A stretch of 63,845 nucleotides of DNA, the filler included, from Bigelowiella natans CCMP2755 (Eukaryota; Protista; Cercozoa), in assembly GCA_000320545.1 (NCBI GenBank). It is 7 parts of 7 records of this genome, joined end to end, with 100 filler letters (N's around TTAATTAATTAA, not from the genome) between each part and the next. Parts side by side here need not be neighbours in the genome. Positions count along the whole stretch, not along the records: positions 27,654 to 43,940 come from ADNK01001501.1; positions 44,041 to 59,979 come from ADNK01000632.1; 5 more parts are not named here. One strand, 5' to 3'. The notes under the pieces are model-generated. The model had not been told where the DNA came from and did no database searches. It saw nothing but the letters and a program-made list of their open reading frames with translations. Position 1 is the first letter of the stretch. Each line of letters begins with the position of its first letter. Positions 41,010-54,026 of the stretch are shown in pieces. The translations under genes and the position numbers were made by a program.

Positions 41010-42077
41010 CACACACACAACAAGGACAGGCAAAAGCGGCAAGTGCACTCTCCTACCAGTAAGCTCCGAGGGCTGGGGTAGCTTGCTCTTGAGGCGCTCA
41101 ATCTTAGAGTCTAGGCCGTGCGACTCCTCCTCCATCATCGCCTTCATTTCCTCGTCGTTCTTAGCAACTTTGTGGCCCTTTTCCGGCACGAAAGCCTTAA
41201 TAACCACCTTTGCTATCTCCTGAGAGTGGGGAATTGTTAGGTGCGCATTTCACCTTTTTTGGGGTGAATTTTGTTTTGACGAACATGCTCGTGGGGCGGG
41301 AAGCAATAGCAGAGACAACAGTAGTTGTGGTTGTAGTAGAAGTAGTACTAGTGTAGCATTAGCATCCGTAAGCATAGAGAAGGCGGCAGAGCATCATTTT
41401 GTACACTCATCGATAAGACAAGAGCTGAAAACATATCGCGAATGATCTGCACGCAAGACACCGCACGCGCGCTCACATGCAACGCAAACAACAAACATCA
41501 TGCTCGGTGATGACCCGACCTTCTTAATGGCCGCCTTGTTGCGGCTGCCTTCCAAGCCGTACACCACCGCGTGTAGATTCGCAGCTGCTACAACAAACTC
41601 CAGATGTAGCTCGTTCTCAGGGTCAAACTTGAGGGGGCTTGGCGGCCTCTTATGGCCTGCAATTTATGCGGTGTACGTGTGCGTGTTCTATTGTGCGTGT
41701 CGTGTGTGTGCGCGTTCCGCGTATGCGTGCGTGCATGTTCCGCGCATGTTTCTATGCCTACCCGTCCAGAAGGGATTCCCCTCCGAGTCTGTCTTGTCAG
41801 GGGGGAGGGCTATGAGAAGCTGCACGATCTTGTTGTTGAATTCGGTCTCGAATAACTACCGATGTTCCAAGGAGCCCGCAGGGGGGGAGGGGGGAGGGTG
41901 GAGGAGGGAAGGAGGAGGTGGGAAAAACAAGGAACGATAAGCTCAACGCACGCAACAACAGATTACAAGGAAAACCGCACACATTCGCCTTGTCATACAT
42001 CGAGCATTGCAAAATGAATTCACATGTGCGTGGTTCAACCTCCCCCATATCCCCCATATCCCCCGCTCTCTCTCAAA

Positions 42078-42137
<60 letters not shown>

Positions 42138-42300
42138 CACATACACACACGGACATATACACAGGTTAGAGCACCAACCCTGCGGGCCCAGTGGATGCAG
42201 TCTTCGAAGCTTAGGGGCTTATCGTCACCCAGATACGCATTGAGGAGCTCCAGATTCTTCACTTCGTTCACGCTGTCCTCGGCCAGTTTCGCGAGATAAC

Positions 42301-42331
<31 letters not shown>

Positions 42332-43280
42332 AACAACAAATGAGGCGGCAAACAGAATATAATGGCTTTTTGAGCAAGAAACGATTTGGACCTCACAGCA
42401 GCAGCGGTACTACTCGCAACACAACAGCAGCTGCTACTACAAACAATTACAACAACAACTACTACTACTACTACTACTACTTTGTCTCCGTGAGATAGCT
42501 ATTCACTTCCGAGGCAGAAAGCTTGAAAAGGCCTTCAAACTTATCGCGTGCCCATTGTATGGTGTGCTCGATCTGATGGTTCCCAAAAAGACAAAGACGA
42601 CGACGACGACGGTTATGATTGTGAGTGGAGGAAGCGAGTGGGTCTAGAAGGAGAGGGGGGGGGAAGGGGGGGGCTACTATGCGAATTGATTGTATTGCCA
42701 ACGATTGAATGAGACAAAATGTACGAGCAGTAATCATCGATGGTTGGCTTCGCCATCGACGATTTCCGCCGTAAACGCTGGCCAACACTGATCAATTAGT
42801 GACAATTTTGCCGGCCAAAAAAGGGATGGGGGAGCTCTCTCCTCGTTCCAGGCGCTTGCCCTTGCCTTGTGCGGGAAATTGTGCAGTGTGCATAAGGGGA
42901 TGGACTCCTCGGGGGGGTCTTGGGAGGAGCCGTAGCTCTCCGTCAGCTTCGGTAGCACAACCTGAAGGAAAAGAAGAAGAAGAAGAAGAAGAAGAAGAAG
43001 AAGAAGAAAAGAGAATGTGGAGAAAGAGGGCCGCGTCTTAGATTTATCTGCTTGGGAGTGCGCCAGTGTTTGATAATGAAGTGCAGGCTTGATTGATATG
43101 CTGCTGCTGCTACTGCTGCTTCTTTCTCTGTGTTGTTATTTGGTGTGTGCAGTCAAAGATACATGTTAGATCATCAGTGCGCTACTTGCGTGTTTCCCTT
43201 GGTGCCCAACGTTCCCGAATCAAACATCGGCTTCAGATAATGAATGCAGCTATTGTCCAAATACAGCCGAGCTTGAACCT
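38919..43280 (-). CDS. UBA1: Ubiquitin-activating enzyme E1 (C-terminal half; 5' part lost in gap)
   Basis: [37 protein letters not shown] (catalytic Cys codon 42890-42892), [96 protein letters not shown]. Confidence 0.96.
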
Positions 43281-43656
43281 GCAAATCATTCATTTGAGGG
43301 CGGGAAGGGGGGGGGGGGGGGGGATGGGGATGGAGGGGAGCGGGCAGCAGGGCTAAGCAGAATTTCAAAGATATCACAAGTTCAATCTGGCTTTAAAGCA
43401 AAAATGTCTAAATAAAAAATGTATGCTGTTATATAATGTTAATTACATTGTCAAGGGCAGTTACAACTGGGTTTAGGCCGCTCCAAAATGCCTCATCGTA
43501 TATCTCCTCACTCTCTTTCCCGACCCGATGGCTATGGCTGACAACCTAACAAGAGTGCAAAACAGGGAGGGGAGGGGGGGGGGGGGGCTTGATTCAAAAT
43601 CTCTAAAATACGGTCGGTAGCACTCCTTTATCTCTCTTGAGGAAAAGTTTGATATC

Positions 43657-43691
<35 letters not shown>

Positions 43692-43940
43692 TATAATGCA
43701 TTATATCCATACTTTAAAATCCCCATTGATCTTGCGGGCTGCTGCAAATGCGGCATCAAATTTGAGCTTGCCCACCTCCCAAGGGGGGAAAAAAAACCTA
43801 ATAATCGTGCCAATCCCCCCCACCCCCATCATTATCGTCAATCCCCCATCATCCCGTACCAAACTAGATAAAAGCTACTCAATCCCTATTGCTTCTTCCA
43901 TGCATGATTTCCTTCTATTTTTGCCCCCCCCCCCCCCAAA

Positions 43941-44040
43941 NNNNNNNNNNNNNNNNNNNNNNNNNNNNNNNNNNNNNNNNNNNNTTAATTAATTAANNNN
44001 NNNNNNNNNNNNNNNNNNNNNNNNNNNNNNNNNNNNNNNN
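43941..44040. other. Assembly gap with linker
   Basis: N-run/TTAATTAATTAA/N-run. Confidence 0.98.
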
Positions 44041-44494
44041 GTGTGTGTGTGAATATCACCGTCAGTTAGCGAAAAACTATTATTACAAATGGTACACTAT
44101 AACAACTTCTCATATGTTGCAAATTCCGTTGGAAAAATGAAGCATAGCCATTGACAGACATTTTTGCTAAGATATTCGTCCATAATCTCTGGCGCATCTG
44201 GGAAGAGACTTTGACTGCCGATCTCATTCAAATCCATTCCAACTATTCCATAGCGCTGCATAACAATAAGCAAAGGTCAATACTTTGTGGCGTTCATAGC
44301 GGCCTACAAATTTGGACGACGACATGTTTAGCCAACAGAAATACCCTCTCAAACACAACCGAGAGAGCAGTTGATATCATTCTGGCAAAGCATGTGATGT
44401 GTTGCATATCATGTGTGTAATATATGCGGGTGGTTAGGTGTTTAGAGAGAGAGAAGCTACTCAAACCGTGCATGCACAGTTGTCAGAGATGGTA

Positions 44495-44546
<52 letters not shown>

Positions 44547-44625
44547 TGGGTTGTCGGCAGCATTCTAAAGTGTTGTTCTCATTGTTCTTGTTAATAATCC
44601 ACTAAGCTACTATGTCATTCTTCTT

Positions 44626-44929
44626 ACCTTAGATAGTAGAGTTGGTCTCGTAATCATTGTTTTCGAGCCTTTTCCTGTGATCGGTTTCCTCTGTGGTTGT
44701 TCCCCATCCTCTTCCACACCCCAGACCCGCACCTCACTAAGATGCGCTTGCAACGGTATATTGCCTCGAATTGCTGCAATCTTCCGTCGAGCTACGCCAG
44801 GAAGATCCAATTCCAGCCAACGGACCTTCTTCATCGCAGAAAGAGTGCAGGACTGCCCCTCGGAGAAGCTTTGCACAAGGGGTAATTCGGTCACAATGAG
44901 AAAGGCAGCAATCTAAAAAGTTCAGCGAT

Positions 44930-44971
<42 letters not shown>

Positions 44972-45614
44972 CCACATGCACACACATACACATACACATA
45001 CACACGCACACGCACGCACGCACCACCAAACAAACATGCGCCTGCACAAAAATGCTGCAAATACGTACCCAGTACACAGACAGCTATATAAAACATTAAT
45101 ATGATTGCATCAAGGAATGAGGACCGGAAGAAAGCTGAGTCGGATCCCGCACCGAGGGAGATAATCTGCGAACATGGATAAATAGTTTACGACGCTATGC
45201 TGCCAAGTATGGCCTCAAAGAAGCTGGTTGCACGTGGTTAATTTATCTGCGATTATTGCTTGGGAAACACCTGCGCTGTCTCGTTGGCGTGCTGCCTGAG
45301 AAATCTGTGAATGATTGCCTCGATGGTGAGGACACGTTGAGAGTAGCCTTTGTTGATGATGGCAGTTCGTCGACGCACTTTAGCGGAAGGGTGCAGGAGC
45401 AAGCGAAGGTAAGAGTCGTTGAAGTATCCAGCCTGGTAATTATGTACAACTGCATCATTCGGAGTTGGAGGGGGAGGGGACCTAACTATTCACTCACGTT
45501 TGCGGCTGAGAGCTTTGAGAGTGTTGAATCATCGTTTGTAGTCTCCACCATTAGAAGTCGTTTGCTTTTAGTCGCTGGTGTCCCTGTGGCATTATGCATG
45601 GCAAAAGGCACCAT
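44626..45614 (-). CDS. Leucine carboxyl methyltransferase family protein, most like LCMT2/TYW4 (N-terminal exons; rest lost in gap)
   Basis: VETTNDDSTLSKLSAANAGYFNDSY, RRRTAIINKGYSQRV..IHRFL, QIISLGAGSDSAFFR, WLELDLPGVARRKIAAI are LCM-domain motifs. LSLGAGxDS and PxVARRK look closer to LCMT2 than to LCMT1. Confidence 0.85.
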
Positions 45615-46070
45615 CAGCACACCGCCATCATCCCTCTACCAAGATACATCTGTCAAAAACAGCTTGAAAACGAGTTCCGCCGTCATCGTCATGTTAGAGG
45701 GCTGCGATTTGTGAGCGGGTTATGATGCACGAAGGCAGTCACAAAGAGTTCTTCGAGCAATCATTCATCAACAGCCTATTCTCGAAAACAGGCAACTCAA
45801 TGTCGCCATTGTCAGGAGAGGACGCAAGCTTGCTTGGCATGAGATGGTCGAGACTGATTACTCGTCATTAGATACGACGTGGATTTAAGATGAACGACTT
45901 GCTTCTGGTGCATTTTCATGACAAAAACGGCATGTATCTCACCAAAAAACAAAAGGAGATTGATCCAGAAAGTGCCAGAGTATGCTCATTTCGAGTTGGG
46001 TCTGTTCGCAAATCTCCGAGGAGGACAGGGAAGAGGGGGGAGGAGGAGGCGGGTATGAGGCAGTGATCTG

Positions 46071-47707
46071 ATGATGCGAAGAGAGCAGGAGCAGGATGAG
46101 AAGCAGAAACAAGGCGTCCAGTCCTCCTCGCACATCTCTTCCCCACCCTCTCCTTCCTCTCTTGGTACACACTCTCTCTTTGCTGTGCTTCGGTTGGCCT
46201 GCCCTCCGACAAAACAGGAATTTAAACAACTCTATGAAGACGCGAAGGTAATTTTGATGTGTGCCACACAAATAATAGCTAGTATTAATATTCAAAATCT
46301 GTGAATAATATCAAATTAGAAACTCCATCTCACAATATCATCTGCATTTGTAAAATAGCATGTGTAAGCATGCGTGTATGTCACAGGGCACACCAGCGCT
46401 TATAAACCTTCACCCTCTTCCCAAGGATTGCACTTCCAGTAGCAATAGTAATCATCGCAGCAACATAGACAGTCCTTCCACCAATCTTGCAAGTAGCAGC
46501 AGCAGCAGCAGCAACAACAGCAGCAGAAGCTGTGCTGGCATTCGCAAGTCATTTAGAAATACGCTGTGGAACATCCCCGTGGAGGTCATCCTCTCCACAA
46601 ACGTGGCAGCCTTTGTGTGCACGTGTGCCTAAAATCGACGATGATACCTTTGTTCCATCCATGATACCTTTGTGGCATCCCCATCAATGATGTCGGTGCA
46701 ACGCTCTTGTGTCTAATTGCTGCGATCAGGCAATCGTGTTTCATTTACCTTTTGGAACGACAAGAAAACGGGTTTTTAAGTTCCAGGAACTATTGGAACT
46801 GCAACAAAAGGCGGCATCTGGTGACAGCGGGGGCGTGTATGCGGTAGTGATGACCAACCGTGGTTTTTTCGTGTAGCCTGTCTTATTGAAAAGGCACCAC
46901 TACAAAGTGCATGCATTCTTGTGTTTGTGTGTGTACGTGTGGGGGGGGGGCGGGTCAGCGGGTTTTACATTCAGGTCTGCTGAAGAAATAATACGCACGT
47001 GCCACCTCTCTCATCCTCTTTCTTTTTCGAACCTCATGGCCCTGACATTAGAACCCACCCTCCCCCCTCAGTACTTACAATGGCGCGGCTTGCCTCTGCC
47101 CCCTCTCGATGAAAGTGATGACGACGATCACGATGATGAACATAACAACCACAACTTGGAGCATGTTCACGACAGCAGCAATGGCCAAAAGAATTCACAG
47201 TCTTGTGCTGAGAAGCGTAAAAGAAGGTACAACGACAGCGGTGGTGGTCATGGCGATAACCACCACCGAAAACGCTCTCGAATGAGGCTGCCGTCTGCTG
47301 CATCTTTGCCGCCGCAGCAGAGTTTTCTAAATAAACGCAAAATCTCGCATGCAGAGGAATTAAAAGGGACAGATGCTCATACCCAAGGTCTGCTCATAAG
47401 CCTTCACATGCATTTGATGGTACTGAAAGAAAACATTGTTTGGGGAGGGAGGGAAACAGGGGCAAATACGAATATGGTGACGATAATGATGATAGCATTA
47501 AGTTGTAAACGGGTTAGTAATTTGTGATGTTCTATTGAACAGGTGAGGTCCATGGGAACGCGTGTAGATTCGAAGCTTTGTCACCTGAGTCCCGTGAGAG
47601 AATAGAGCAGATTGTGGAGCAATGGATGCCAATGCCAGCCTTCTTGAACGCTACTCTCGTGCGTGAACGAAATCTCTGGATGGGTTCTTTCTTCTCCTCT
47701 GGGTGGC

Positions 47708-47743
<36 letters not shown>

Positions 47744-47790
47744 TTTACTTGTCAGACCAAGCTGCTCTTCTGTGTATACATAAAAGAATT

Positions 47791-47825
<35 letters not shown>

Positions 47826-48569
47826 ATAACTCGGAATATTGAACGTAGAATACACTTCGACGCCATGGATAACTTGCTCTGTGTGCTAGAGGGCTTCAAG
47901 GTTGTGGTGTTTTTCCTTCATTTTCAAGATTCAAACGAAGACTCTACTCTCTCTCAAGCAATACCTTCTCTCTCAGGACGTCTTTTTATTTCCCGCGACG
48001 GAATTGAAAACAATGGCGCCCTTCGCTCGTCGTTCTAAGCCATCATCTCCCTCCCCCGAGGGTGGGCAGGAAAAGGATGAGGATGGGGATGAGGATGATA
48101 AAATGCCCAGAATTCACATGTACAATACATCTACATTATAACAGTTGAGTAGGACAAGTATTCTCCTTCCCCCCTTATCCTTTTCTCCCCCTTTAAATTT
48201 ATTATGAAAAATATGAAAGGAGCAGGATTGGATCGATTTTGCAGTATCACCCACAACTAAGGTGTGACAGCAGCTAGACGACATGAATTCAACGTGTGTG
48301 CAGGCATCATCGATATTTTCCATCTCACAGCCGGCTCATGCATTCGTGCATGGGTGTCTAAGATTCTGTTATTTTCTTCTCTGGAGCAAGAGAAATCATC
48401 GACAACATTTGTTTGATATAGGCAATTTCACTACCCGGGATCATCGCATCCCTCCTCCTCCTCCTCTCCTTCGCCCTCTTCCCTGATGTCGTCGTCCAAG
48501 TTCTCATTCTGGGATCGATCTGGATCCTCTGAGGAGCACATATTATTTGGCTCGTCCTCATCGGAATCG

Positions 48570-48604
<35 letters not shown>

Positions 48605-48995
48605 TTGAGTAGTAGCAGTGGGAGGAGGAGGAGAAAGAGGAGGAGGAGGAAAGAAGAGAGGGGTGGGGGATATTAGGATAGCCTCACAAGCAGCGATTAG
48701 GTGAAGTAATGTGTCAGTACGAATGAAGAATTTACATTTCTCGATTCTATAGATGTAGTAATTGTTTGAAGAGGATGTGTGAAGCAGTGATACCTAATCG
48801 TCAAAACCACGCAGATCTCGTCGAGGCTCCAAGAAGCATTCCCAGCATTTAAGCATGTGCCGTGTCGGAAGGTGCGCGTGGAGGCCAACCATTGTCTTTA
48901 TATTCCTGCCGGATGGTACGACATGAAACTAGTAAACATTTACCATAACCCAAAAATTCTTGCAAACAGCTATGGTGTTGCGCTGCAAAGATGCC

Positions 48996-49049
<54 letters not shown>

Positions 49050-49230
49050 ATACCTGGCTAAGCATCACCTACTCTCCTTATGACTTAGGTGGCACGAAGT
49101 TGTCACTACTTCGTCTCTGACTGTGGCGTTTAATATTTGGTTCTCACCCAACAAAAAATCAAGCTTTCGATCGACTATGCTTTCACTTCGTTCCGGCGAA
49201 TTTGCATCATTTACAACGCGAGACTCTTAG
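46071..49230 (+). CDS. JmjC-only (Cupin_8) Fe(II)/2-oxoglutarate dioxygenase, FIH/JMJD5/JMJD7/TYW5 group
   Basis: PPTKQEFKQLY..GTPALI, RNLWMGS, IHFDAMDNLLCVLEGFK (HxD, about 47852), VFLFP, LYIPAGWWHEVVT (distal His), TVAFNIWF; stop TAG at 49228-49230. Confidence 0.88.
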
Positions 49231-49429
49231 TTGTGCTATTCGATCGGGCTGATACGCCCAGTCCACTCTCAATAGCCAATGTGTAGGCTAAGCTAGCGCG
49301 GGGTGCGTGTTTATTGTGAGCCAGAGTTCGTTAATCGCGACGTGTTTCGTAAATGAGTATCCACGTGCAAGTGCCGCTTGTCTTCGAGGCAGCCGCAATG
49401 GTGGCGGAGCCACGCACCTGCGATGTGAT

Positions 49430-49800
49430 GTGGCGCGCGCTAGCGTGATGAACTAGTGAGGCCTATGTGTACATGCGATGATGATCGATCGCCATTGGAT
49501 CCAGGGATGTAAAGCGCTGCCAATGCGCTCTAGATATATACGATGCTAGATGAGATCGAACTATCCACATCAATTTAGTTTTGATTGTGTTGGTTGTGTT
49601 GCTTGACCATGAACGTACAAACGTAACAGTCGAAAATGTGAATGGCGCTATGCTACGTAAAGACAACTATATAGCTAGATAGGCAACAGGCTAGCTAGCT
49701 ATATATAGCATATATAGCAGGTGTTTCATCATTGTACTGCCCAATGAAACTAGCAATGTCTAGAATATGGCGTGCAAGACGGAACATCAGATGTGATAAA
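49430..49800. other. Palindromic-tetramer-rich spacer between convergent JmjC and RFC2 3' ends
   Basis: GCGCTAGCG, ACTAGT, TGTACATG, TCTAGA, GCTAGA, ATAGCTAG and GCTAGCTAGCTA are clustered. Confidence 0.55.
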
Positions 49801-49868
49801 AAATGTTAGCATGTTGAATGATTCTTCTTGCGCATGCTATGGCTCAAATTTCAATTAATACTTATTCT

Positions 49869-51162
49869 CTAGTTGCTCTTGCTTGCGTGATCAAGAGCCA
49901 CACGGCAAAGCTTGCTCAAAAGCCCAGTTATTTGCACCTTGGTATCAAGGCCGTCGGAGATTCGCATGTGCGTGAATCCAATTTCCTAAAAGGATTAAAA
50001 ATCGAATTTTTAACAATAAAATTTTGGTATGGGCACTCTTAGACTATACCTTGATAAAACCGAGAAGAATTCTGGGATGTATTTCAGAGGTCTTCGCTAC
50101 GCGAAACAGAGTTCCTACAATGTCTATTGCGGAATACCCTTGAATCCACACGCCTGCAATACAACCACAAGTTAGAATTCGATTCGGTTGAGGACTTTAA
50201 GAAAAAATGTTAAGAATATTCCGAATCCCACTTTCTAGTAATTTGATGGACTCGACCAAGTCCCCTTTCACGCAAGTGTCCAGAATTTTTTGCATCACAA
50301 CAGGATGTGGCTGATCGACAACCTACAATTTTTATTCACAGTCTCAAACTAACGGCTATATAACGAAGAGATACGATGTCCACCTTGTAAACATTTTGTG
50401 CTGAAATTTGTCCGAATCCAGCGACGGTAGATTGCAAGTTATTTAGTGCATGGCGCATATCTGTCGTGCGAAATGTGGAATTATGATGCTGTATTGCGTA
50501 AATCATTGCTGCTGCCTTTTGCACACCACGCTCTCTACTATCCTTTACGACTCTAAAAATCACTTTTTGAACCAACCTCCCTGTGATGTGAAAAGAAGTG
50601 CCTCCAGTCCATCTTTGGTCCATCCCACAATCTTCTCCCGCGCAATTACTTCCTTCAGCCTTTTAAGAATATGCTTGTCGCCCAGTTTTTGGAAGCGCAA
50701 AATGGCACAACGACTCTGAATCGGTTCGATTATCTTTGAAGAGATATTGCAAGCAAGTGCGAAACGAGTGGTACTCGAGTAAAGCTCCATGGTTCGGCGA
50801 AGTGCTTGCTGGGCGGAAGCTGTCATGCTATCCGCCTCATCCAGAATGATGATCTTGTGGCGCCCCTTAGGAAGGGTCACTTTCTTTTGAGCAAACATTT
50901 TGATCTTATTTCTTACTACATCAATTCCTCTGTCATCGGATGCATTCAATTCAAGCACGGCATCTTTGAATGAGGCTCCGAGCATGTCCCTCGCCAAGCA
51001 CGTAATACTGCTTGTTTTCCCTATTCCGGGAGGACCAGCAATGATCAAATTCGGCATATTGCCAGCCTTGGCAATAACAGCGAGTCGTTGTACCGTTTCA
51101 TAGTTGCCGACGACTTGCGAAAGGCTCTTCGGTCTATACTTTTCGATCCAAGGGACTTCCAT
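49869..51162 (-). CDS. RFC2: Replication factor C small subunit (human RFC2 / yeast Rfc4 type), 5 exons
   Basis: [111 protein letters not shown]. Confidence 0.96.
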
Positions 51163-51811
51163 GATTCTTATGGAATGGCGGGAGGGCGGGGAACAGCTTC
51201 GCGCCACCAACACAATTGATTGCCGATTATTTTTTAAAAGATGATTCATCAATAACAACATGGGTTTTTATTCTGCGACAACGAGAATTTCAATTCCAAT
51301 TCTATGTTAACGACATCTATTACATGATGTCGCATCGCTTAAAAATACATATTTTGTTCCCGAATAAATAAAATTAGCGCGTGCCAACTCCATGCTACCG
51401 TACAGTCAACTCCGTGCTGTCGTACGGTAGATCTACAGCGTCTGTTCCGAAACTGCACATCGTACGATTAATTCGTTAGTTAGTTAGACTCTATCGATTC
51501 TATTGACGTTGATCGCAAATGCAGGACATACTCGGAAAGTTGCACACCTAGGTGTCGGGGGAGCATTTTCCTACAGGATTTGGATTTCAGATCCAAATTC
51601 TGAAATGTTGAAACGCATCATGGCGATATTTACTACAATATACATTTTTTCCTTGACGCAGCAATTTCTTCCAAGGGATTCAGTACATATTCGATACAGC
51701 TTTCCACTACATGTACATGTAATGCCGAATTTGCGAAAATGCACATTTCACATCGATCGAATCACTTTCATAAACCAAAACCACAGAGCATCTGAACAGA
51801 GCTTGAAAATT

Positions 51812-53176
51812 ATGCAAATCTTTGTCCATACTCTCCAAAACAAAATCCACGTCTTTGATGTAAATGCTGACGAAACCATTGCGTCTGTCTCTGCCAAATT
51901 GTATGACCGCGAAGGCGTGTCCACACAGCTGGTATTCGCTGGTAGGCTTCTTTCACCGCTCCTGAGCATTAGAGAATCCCGAATCAGAAATGAGTGCACT
52001 CTTCAATCTGTACTTTCATTGAGTGGTGGCTCTGGTGATGAGGGAGAGGAAGAGGACGAAGTTCAGGCTCTCGTCGTTGACAACGGATCTGGGATGTGTA
52101 AGGCTGGTTTCGCTGGAGACGACGCTCCTCGTGCTGTCTTCCCTTCCATCGTCGGTCGACCTCGTCATCAGACCGTTATGGTTGGCATGGGTCAAAAGGA
52201 TTGTTATGTCGGAGATGAGGCGCAGTCCAAGCGTGGTATCTGCAGACTCAAGTATCCTATTGAGCATGGAATTGTCACCAACTGGGACGATATGGAGAAA
52301 ATCTGGCATCACACCTTCTACAACGAGCTTCGCGTCGCTCCGGAGGAACACCCAATCCTACTTACAGAGGCTCCTCTTAACCCCAGAGCTAACCGTGAGA
52401 AAATGATTCAGATTATGTTCGAGACCTTCAACACCCCTGCCACTTATGTCGCGATTCAGGCTGTCCTCTCACTCTACGCTTCCGGACGTACCACCGGCAT
52501 TGTCCTCGACTCTGGGGATGGTGTTTCACACACTGTTCCTATCTATGAGGGATACGCTCTTCCTCACGCCATTATGCGTATTGACCTTGCCGGACGCGAC
52601 CTCACGCACTATCTGATGAAGATCCTCACCGAGCGAGGTTACTCCTTCACAACCTCAGCTGAGCGCGAGATCGTCCGTGATATTAAGGAGAAACTCTCTT
52701 ACGTCGCTCTTGATTTCGATCAGGAGATGACAAAGGCTCAACAGTCTAACGCTATCGAGCAGTCCTATGAGCTTCCCGACGGACAAGTTATCACCATTGG
52801 AGATGAGCGCTTTCGGTGCCCAGAAGTCCTCTTCAATCCAAGTCTCATTGGATTTGAGCAATTCGGAATTGGTCAGACAACATACGAATCTATCATGAAA
52901 TGTGATGTTGACATCCGTAAAGATCTCTATGCTAACACTGTGCTCTCTGGAGGCACCACTATGTTCACCGGAATCGCGGATCGCATGGAAAAGGAAATGA
53001 GAGCCTATGCTCCTCAATCTATGAAGATAAAAGTTGTTGCTCCTCCAGAGCGCAAGTACTCTGTATGGATTGGTGGTTCTATCCTTGCTTCCCTATCTAC
53101 CTTCCAGCAGATGTGGATATCCAAAGACGAATATGATGAGTCTGGACCTTCAATTGTACACCGCAAGTGTTTTTGA
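51812..53176 (+). CDS. ACT: Intronless fusion of a divergent ubiquitin-like domain (73 aa, ends LSLSGG) to conventional actin
   Basis: 51812-52030 encodes [26 protein letters not shown]. It runs in frame into [38 protein letters not shown]...[10 protein letters not shown]. There is no Met between the GG and the actin core start. Confidence 0.97.
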   Translation: MQIFVHTLQNKIHVFDVNADETIASVSAKLYDREGVSTQLVFAGRLLSPLLSIRESRIRNECTLQSVLSLSGGSGDEGEEEDEVQALVVDNGSGMCKAGFAGDDAPRAVFPSIVGRPRHQTVMVGMGQKDCYVGDEAQSKRGICRLKYPIEHGIVTNWDDMEKIWHHTFYNELRVAPEEHPILLTEAPLNPRANREKMIQIMFETFNTPATYVAIQAVLSLYASGRTTGIVLDSGDGVSHTVPIYEGYALPHAIMRIDLAGRDLTHYLMKILTERGYSFTTSAEREIVRDIKEKLSYVALDFDQEMTKAQQSNAIEQSYELPDGQVITIGDERFRCPEVLFNPSLIGFEQFGIGQTTYESIMKCDVDIRKDLYANTVLSGGTTMFTGIADRMEKEMRAYAPQSMKIKVVAPPERKYSVWIGGSILASLSTFQQMWISKDEYDESGPSIVHRKCF

Positions 53177-53329
53177 AGTATAGTTAATTCGCAACTCAGT
53201 GCGCATCAACAACATTTCTGTAAATTTGTCTTAGTATATGTAAGTCTAGAGTTATTTTTGTCAGCACCTGCCTGATTGTTAATGTAAAAATTTAGAAACC
53301 TATTGGAATGCAAATATTAAATACTAGTA

Positions 53330-53720
53330 TAGGCAAATTGTGAGCATGTCGCATGCTAACTACTACTTCTATCCGTTTCATGTTGCTGTTGTTAAATAAA
53401 CTATTGTGGCTCTCATCATCGACATGGGAACTATGCTTTTACCATGTAGAGCCGCCACGCGCATGTATATGCCGGCGTAGTACAGTGATCGACCACAGCA
53501 GCATGCATGTACTCTGCATTATTCAGAAATACTGATCTGTGCATGCAAAAGACCATGTAAGGAAAGTCAGTTATTACCACACATGCATGCTAATGGACAA
53601 CAAAGGATCCTTAACACACATGTACAGCAAGTCTGTATTTGTGTCTTATTCCATCCAGCATGTCTACTGGCTTCTCGAATAAGCTCTAATCCATGCAATG
53701 TTACGCCATCATGCCTTATC
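53330..53720. other. CATG/TGCA-rich spacer between convergent actin and TPR gene 3' ends
   Basis: AGCATGTCGCATGCT, GCATGCATGTAC, GCATGCA, ACATGCATGCT and ACATGTACA are clustered. Confidence 0.5.
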
Positions 53721-54026
53721 GTTGTGTTTCTGGACACATTGAAACTCTAGAAGCTTTACATGTAGCCAAGTACGTAAACACAGAATGCGTTCAACTTTGT
53801 AATGCGCAAATGTTGTCATACCATGCATATCAGATAGTTTTGTTTGCTGTCTATTAGGATGTCGCTTAGCTCGATGCTGCATAGCATGGAATGGCCAACC
53901 AAATAAATTCAATATGTGATGCAAACGGTATGGAGTAAGCATTGGTTTAATGAGCCGCCTAACACGATGCAATTTGAACTTAAAGTTAACGGTTGTCCTC
54001 GATGAAATGTTGTCCTCGATGCAATG

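Noticed and set aside
45918-46070. Upstream ATG frame separated from the JmjC ORF by a single in-frame TGA (46056)
   Set aside because: The upstream peptide is low-complexity with no redox motif, and no SECIS could be identified; a uORF or chance is more likely.
51503-51811. 103-aa N-terminal extension of the 557-aa actin ORF
   Set aside because: It begins at a TTG and has no recognisable features. The ubiquitin-like MQIFV at 51812 is the natural start, and this interval is the RFC2/actin divergent promoter.
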